Below, in pieces: positions 59,901-64,000 of a stretch of 64,000 nt of DNA. A model generated the notes under the pieces. It saw nothing but the letters and a program-made list of their open reading frames with translations. It was not told the origin of the DNA and ran no database searches. The first letter of the stretch is position 1. The number at the start of each line of letters is the position of its first letter. Location of the stretch: positions 1,612,001 through 1,676,000 of the forward strand of contig CAJINV010000008.1 in assembly GCA_905178155.1 (NCBI GenBank). Direction: 5' to 3'. Source of the stretch: Amoebophrya sp. A120. Its lineage: Eukaryota; Protista; Dinoflagellata. The position numbers and the translations under genes are program-made.

Positions 59901-60743
59901 GCGCTCGAGGTGCAAGCTGTCGTCTTTCTTGCAGCTCAAGTATTCTGCAAGCTTGCCACTGTCGAAGTTCAGCACCATCCGGAGAAAATCGCCACCCTTC
60001 TTCCGACAGAGGTCAATGAACGCGCGGCGCTTCTCAACGGTCGTGAAACACTTGTTCAGGTTCTGCTTCGCGTTCAGCACGACTGCTTTGGTTTCGTCGA
60101 ACAGAAGCAGGAACCAGACGATACCTTGTGGATGTTCAAGTTCAAATTCTCTTTTCGTATTGTTGGTGCCTGGGGGGCATACCATCATTCATCCTGCTGT
60201 TTTGTTTGGAGGAGCACGAGGAGAATCTATCTGATAGACTCTATCAGACTCGTAAACATAAACATCAACACAACTACGAACATGCCGTAGAAGAATAGAT
60301 ACGTAGTTCCACCAGCACTTCCGACTACATTGCACGTCTTTGGCATATTATTTTTGCACTAAACTGATTATACCCGCTCCGTTCTGAAACAAGCTTTTTG
60401 CGCCCTGCTTGCCCATTCCCTCGACGAAGACTGCGATTGCGTTGGTCATGCTCACCCGCACCCGCGAGTCTGCGGGGGCGACTTCCAGCCAGATTTTCTG
60501 GAAATTGATCTGCTCGAACAAGAGCGGTAGACTCTGCTTCGCACTGTCGTCGGCACACGTCTTCGTGAAGAATTCGCCCATCTTGGTCCAACCGGAAACC
60601 CGGGTGGCGTCATCCTTCTTCCCGATGGCTTTTAAACACAGTTCGAACTCATGCGAATTCGTGTTTGTCCCCTGGTTGTTCGCCGCGCGCGCCCCCGGGG
60701 CGAACGATCCGAGCAACGAGGCGGCGGACTGATAACCCGCCAT
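51000..60743 (-). CDS. LTN1: E3 ubiquitin ligase listerin, 6 exons, ~2,802 aa
   Basis: N-terminal LKAIGKKDDATR motif, RWD-like segment (..LVDNYPL..) and C-terminal RING (EDCMICYSVVH..LP..CPTCKNKFHKACLSKWF..STCPLCK.PF). Exons 60743-60374, 60169-59876, 59606-54964, 54684-54456, 54145-54087 and 53813-51000 sum to 8409 nt, open throughout. Confidence 0.9.
53819..54086. mobile_element. Family-A introner (268 bp), perfect TSD AGAAG
   Basis: Perfect 31-bp TIR TATCAAATGTAAAAATGTCTGGGTCTGGAAG. Join reads LSSLAS|FPAGLVG. Confidence 0.95.
54151..54455. mobile_element. Introner (305 bp) with C-run TIR, perfect TSD CGCGA
   Basis: TATTACAATGAAAAATGCCCCCACCCCCGAACTTG vs rc TACTACAGTGAAAAGTGCCCCCCACCCCCAAAGTTG. 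Join reads NLERR|ARASLADCW. Confidence 0.92.
54690..54963. mobile_element. Family-A introner (274 bp), perfect TSD GGAGA
   Basis: TIR TATCAA(C/A)TGTAAAAATGTCTGGGTCTGGAAG. Join reads ETAKIS|TASTKPED. Confidence 0.95.
59612..59875. mobile_element. Family-A introner (264 bp), perfect TSD CCGCA, inverted relative to the 54690 copy
   Basis: TIR core GTCTGGGTCTGGAAG. Body is the reverse complement of the 54690 copy. Join reads DFVLANA|VKAFTNF. Confidence 0.95.
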
Positions 60744-61997
60744 ATGTTGATGTTCCCTGAGCTACTAGTTTAGAGGATCAAACTAAAAGCCAAGAAGCCC
60801 CCCTAGTCTTATGGGTGTAGCCGGAGCGTCAGGAGGTGGGTCCCCAACATAAAAATGAGTAATCTCACTGGGATTGTTCAAATGGAGGGTATGGAACGTC
60901 AATGTTTCTAAGCTGCTGCCCGGCAACAATAAATGGCTGGAGGAAGAGAAAGTAAACAAGATAAATTCGAAAAGTGCGGGTAATTGTCGCTGCAGATGAA
61001 GATTTTCTACGTGGTCGCATCAACTAAATTAACAGTCTGAATCTGTGATCTTCATGAAAGCCGATCATGAACATGCAATTGCAAGGCTATCAGAAGCAGG
61101 ATCTGAAGGCGTGTTTTGTAATTCTGTTTTCTTGATCTCCTCTCGCGGGGGGGGTGCAGCGGTTATATTATTTCTTTGTGCTCGGACATGAATACCGGGC
61201 ACGAGAACGTACACCATGCTCGTAAAAGAAAAAAGTCCGGAGATCCTGAGCTTGTCCTACTTAGATTGTGATTTTTGAATATGAGCAGAACTACGACACA
61301 AAACATTGCGTCCCTTCCAAAACAAAAAGGAAAACGAAACCGCGACGTCGTGCTCCACATAAGAGAAAAACTTGTTGAGGTCGACGACTAAAAAGTAGCA
61401 ACGTCGCGATCGACTACTCTGAATGAGAACGATACGTCAGTTTTTTCGAACAGGTTCGATTCTGCATCGTTGTTGGTCAACGAAGGTGGGAGTCGGAAGA
61501 GTTGTTGGCTCCCTTCAAGTTCGGAGTCAGTTCTCGTCTTCTAGAGCCTCATTGCATTCGATCCAGCTCGAGCTCGTCGTCGCCGGTTGTCCAAAGTGAG
61601 AGGACATGGACGACGTGGTGCCAAGTATTATAGAAGCACAAGCATTCGAAAATCCATAGAAGAAGCAAAAAGAACAAGAGAAAGTCGCACATAGTCGGTC
61701 GTTTTCGAGGTTTTACGTCAGCAGGTCAAGGTACTAAAGTGACTGATCCCGACGTAATGGCTTTCGTCTGAGATGCTGTAAACCGAGATTCATACGTCGG
61801 ATGACGCAGCTGCTCGCGGCCTCAACAACCTGCCCATACTGATTCCTTAGCAGTACTACCGCGTGCTGCCGGTACGTGTTGAACTACCCCTCGATCATCT
61901 TCATCTCAAATGTCGCTAGTTTTCTTTTTTCAGCGTGTAGTTTTCTGCTCCTTCCGCCGTCGAGTAAGACAGTGCACAACTGTGCGGCACGACGTTG

Positions 61998-62246
61998 CTA
62001 TTGAGTCTGCAGATTTTGGGCCATTTCGGTCGAGGCTTTGACGACAATCGAGTGTGCCTCGATCATCCGATCCATGCATTTTGCAAGGCAAATCTGGTCC
62101 GGTTTTCCGAGCGAATCCGGAAAGCTGGATTGCCCATTCGGAAAGCACTTCTCGAAGCAGGTCTTCTGGATCTGCTGCTGCAACATCTGCACAACCGCGA
62201 GATTCAGCTGGTTCTGCATCTCTGCCACCTGCCTTGTCTGATCCAT
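61998..62246 (-). CDS. Small Tim chaperone of the mitochondrial intermembrane space (Tim13/Tim8-like)
   Basis: Twin Cx3C: TCFEKC..ICLAKCMDRM, ~82 aa from MDQ. Confidence 0.85.
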   Translation of the reverse strand: MDQTRQVAEMQNQLNLAVVQMLQQQIQKTCFEKCFPNGQSSFPDSLGKPDQICLAKCMDRMIEAHSIVVKASTEMAQNLQTQ

Positions 62247-63185
62247 CTTTTCGGTTTTTTGGGTGTCTCTGTCCTGCGAGCGGAACAACGAGTTATTTTG
62301 GCTACTACCAGAATCTAATTCTGATTGAAAAATTGAAATTCTCTGTAATGTTGTTCTTCTTCTTCCTACATGACCATGAGTACTTCTACGACTAAATGAA
62401 AATCAACGAGAAAGTGAGAGTTCTGTGGGTGACGGCGACGGCCTGCAGAAGTCTATGATTCGCATGCTAGTCGTTGTCGTTCTTGTTGATCATGTTGCAT
62501 GTGCATCATCAGATAGCAGGATAAGATTACGACCTTGAATTCAGATAAGGATATATCTTCTTCTTGCAGTAGAAAGTACAGCGCTGCGGTGGAGTGAAGA
62601 TCGTGGAAAAAAAAGCACCAGGAAGCTGCGTGATCTGTATGTTTTTTCCTGTACTCTTCGGAATGATGTCACACGAAGAAAAAGCAGTCGCCGGGCCGGC
62701 GCCTTCTTGCTAATCGTAACCTTGCCAAAAACTACAAGTTGAAATTTTTGCGCTTGACCCTCAAGGACGATGGATTGCAGCACAGCAGCTAGGAACGAGC
62801 GGAAAAAAAAAGAGCAGCTGCGACAGAACACACAACGTAAAAATCATGAATTATCTCGTCCTCGCACGGCCTGAGGAGCCGCTCCGTATCCCTGTCGCAC
62901 AATCGTGCGGTCAGAGACTGAAATTTAAATGAAATGGCTGTCGATTGATATCTCAAGTACCAACGATAGTGCAAGTTCGAGGCCTCTCTACTTGTTCTGT
63001 TTCTCATATTCAGAGACTGGGCAACGGCAAACAAACGCTTCTTGCTTCAGCTATTCATTGATTGAGCGTAGTAGCTCAACTGAATGAAAGCGTGAAACAG
63101 CAACGAGGCAAAACTGCAGAAGAAACTACTAGCAAAACGTAGCCAAAATGAAACATGTCGTGGAAATCGAAATCATACAGTCAAA

Positions 63186-64000
63186 TTACAAAAAACCTTT
63201 CACGGCGCTGTGCGCCCCAATTGGCTGCTCGCTACCATGTTTGGTTCCAGTTCTTGTCTTGGGAAGAAACAAGATCCGCCGAATACCACAAGCACCAGCT
63301 CGAGCACCACCACAAGTCGTGGTTGCAGTGGCATGAATGTCGAGTAAACCTGTTGAGACCATTCTGGAACCGGCGAACCTACCTACCTTGAGACCTATCT
63401 TCCCAGTTCCTACGAGTGCTTTTCCGGTGAGTCTACCTGCTCCCAAGGCGACTCGCCCCGCTTTGTACTGAGACATCGGATCCGTTACGTTGCGATGGAG
63501 AAGTATCGAAATGACATGTCGCTTCACATCTTGTCAAAATTGCGTTTGGTACAGCTTGGTTGGCCTTGTAGTAGTGCCAGCGCGCTACGTTTTTCAATGA
63601 ATGGAAAGAAGCTCGACAAGTCTGCCGAACTGTACAACGACCGTGCTAGCCATTGCCTTTCGACGCCATAATTCGTCGTATTCGGATAAGCATGCACGAC
63701 GCACACACATCAGAGACAATTCGAATAGATGCACGCAACACGAATAGAGAGAAGCGACATGCGCGCAGTTCGATAGCAGCGCCCGCGGTCGCATCGTAGG
63801 CTGCCGCCTTTATGTCACCGGCGGCGTTGTACGTGCGCTTGACTTTGGACCTTTCGTCAAACGCGTCGATGAGACTCTTTGGCTTGTACTCCCCCTCCTG
63901 CCGCGCTTCCCACTCCGAGGCACTGGAGGTTTTCATGCCCAACAAGGCGCCGGGTGTAAACCGGAACCGCGGATCCGCTCCCTCCGCCGTGACGCGGGCG
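63186..64000 (-). CDS. Hypothetical protein, 5' end probably outside the window, split by two short apparently non-canonical introns
   Basis: Plausible frame path ..DATAGAA|YDELWRRKAMASTVVVQFGRLVELL|HRNVTDPMSQYKAG. The second junction has a direct repeat (CTTCT) and a TCGATA end. Confidence 0.4.

Noticed and set aside
60170-60373. LTN1 first intron as a relic introner (TA..TA 60180-60372)
   Set aside because: Only ~6 matching terminal bases and no TSD. A normal GT-AG intron explains it.
14336-60743. Stop-codon reassignment as the explanation for broken ORFs
   Set aside because: Exons up to 4.8 kb are free of in-frame stops, and the breaks coincide with inserts or frameshifts. The standard code fits.
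47604-62246. Functional cluster of proteostasis and mitochondrial-import genes (AN1/PUB, IMP1, LTN1, small Tim)
   Set aside because: Four housekeeping neighbours can co-occur by chance, and there is no synteny evidence available.

Overview
Eukaryotic, gene-dense 64 kb window. About 15 host genes all lie on the minus strand, many with long low-complexity insertions. This architecture best fits a parasitic dinoflagellate of the Amoebophrya/Syndiniales type (inference; no taxonomic marker seen). Recognisable genes: a PG-rich repeat (SHIPPO/ODF3-like) protein, an FkbM methyltransferase, a Mut-7/EXD3-like exonuclease, 6-phosphofructokinase, a DUF2817/M14-like peptidase, a CCDC66/CSPP1-like coiled-coil protein, an AN1-ZnF/PUB/CaaX protein, IMP1, a ~2,800-aa listerin (LTN1) and a small Tim (Tim13-like). 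Two non-LTR retroelement remnants are also present. The main signal is a set of 14 MITE-like inserts of 141-483 bp inside coding sequences. They start and end in TA and carry terminal inverted repeats (TIRs). They are flanked by 5-bp direct repeats, perfect in 7 copies and decayed in the rest. For 13 of 14, deleting the element plus exactly 5 nt joins the flanking ORFs in frame, although the young copies have no GT-AG register within the direct repeats. Copies of one family occur in both orientations in the same gene. These look like non-canonical introner introns removed by a symmetric, structure-guided mechanism. Inverted- and direct-repeat-bearing non-canonical introns have been reported in Amoebophrya; to my knowledge their excision mechanism and mobilising enzyme are unresolved. 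All junctions were worked out by hand, without RNA data.
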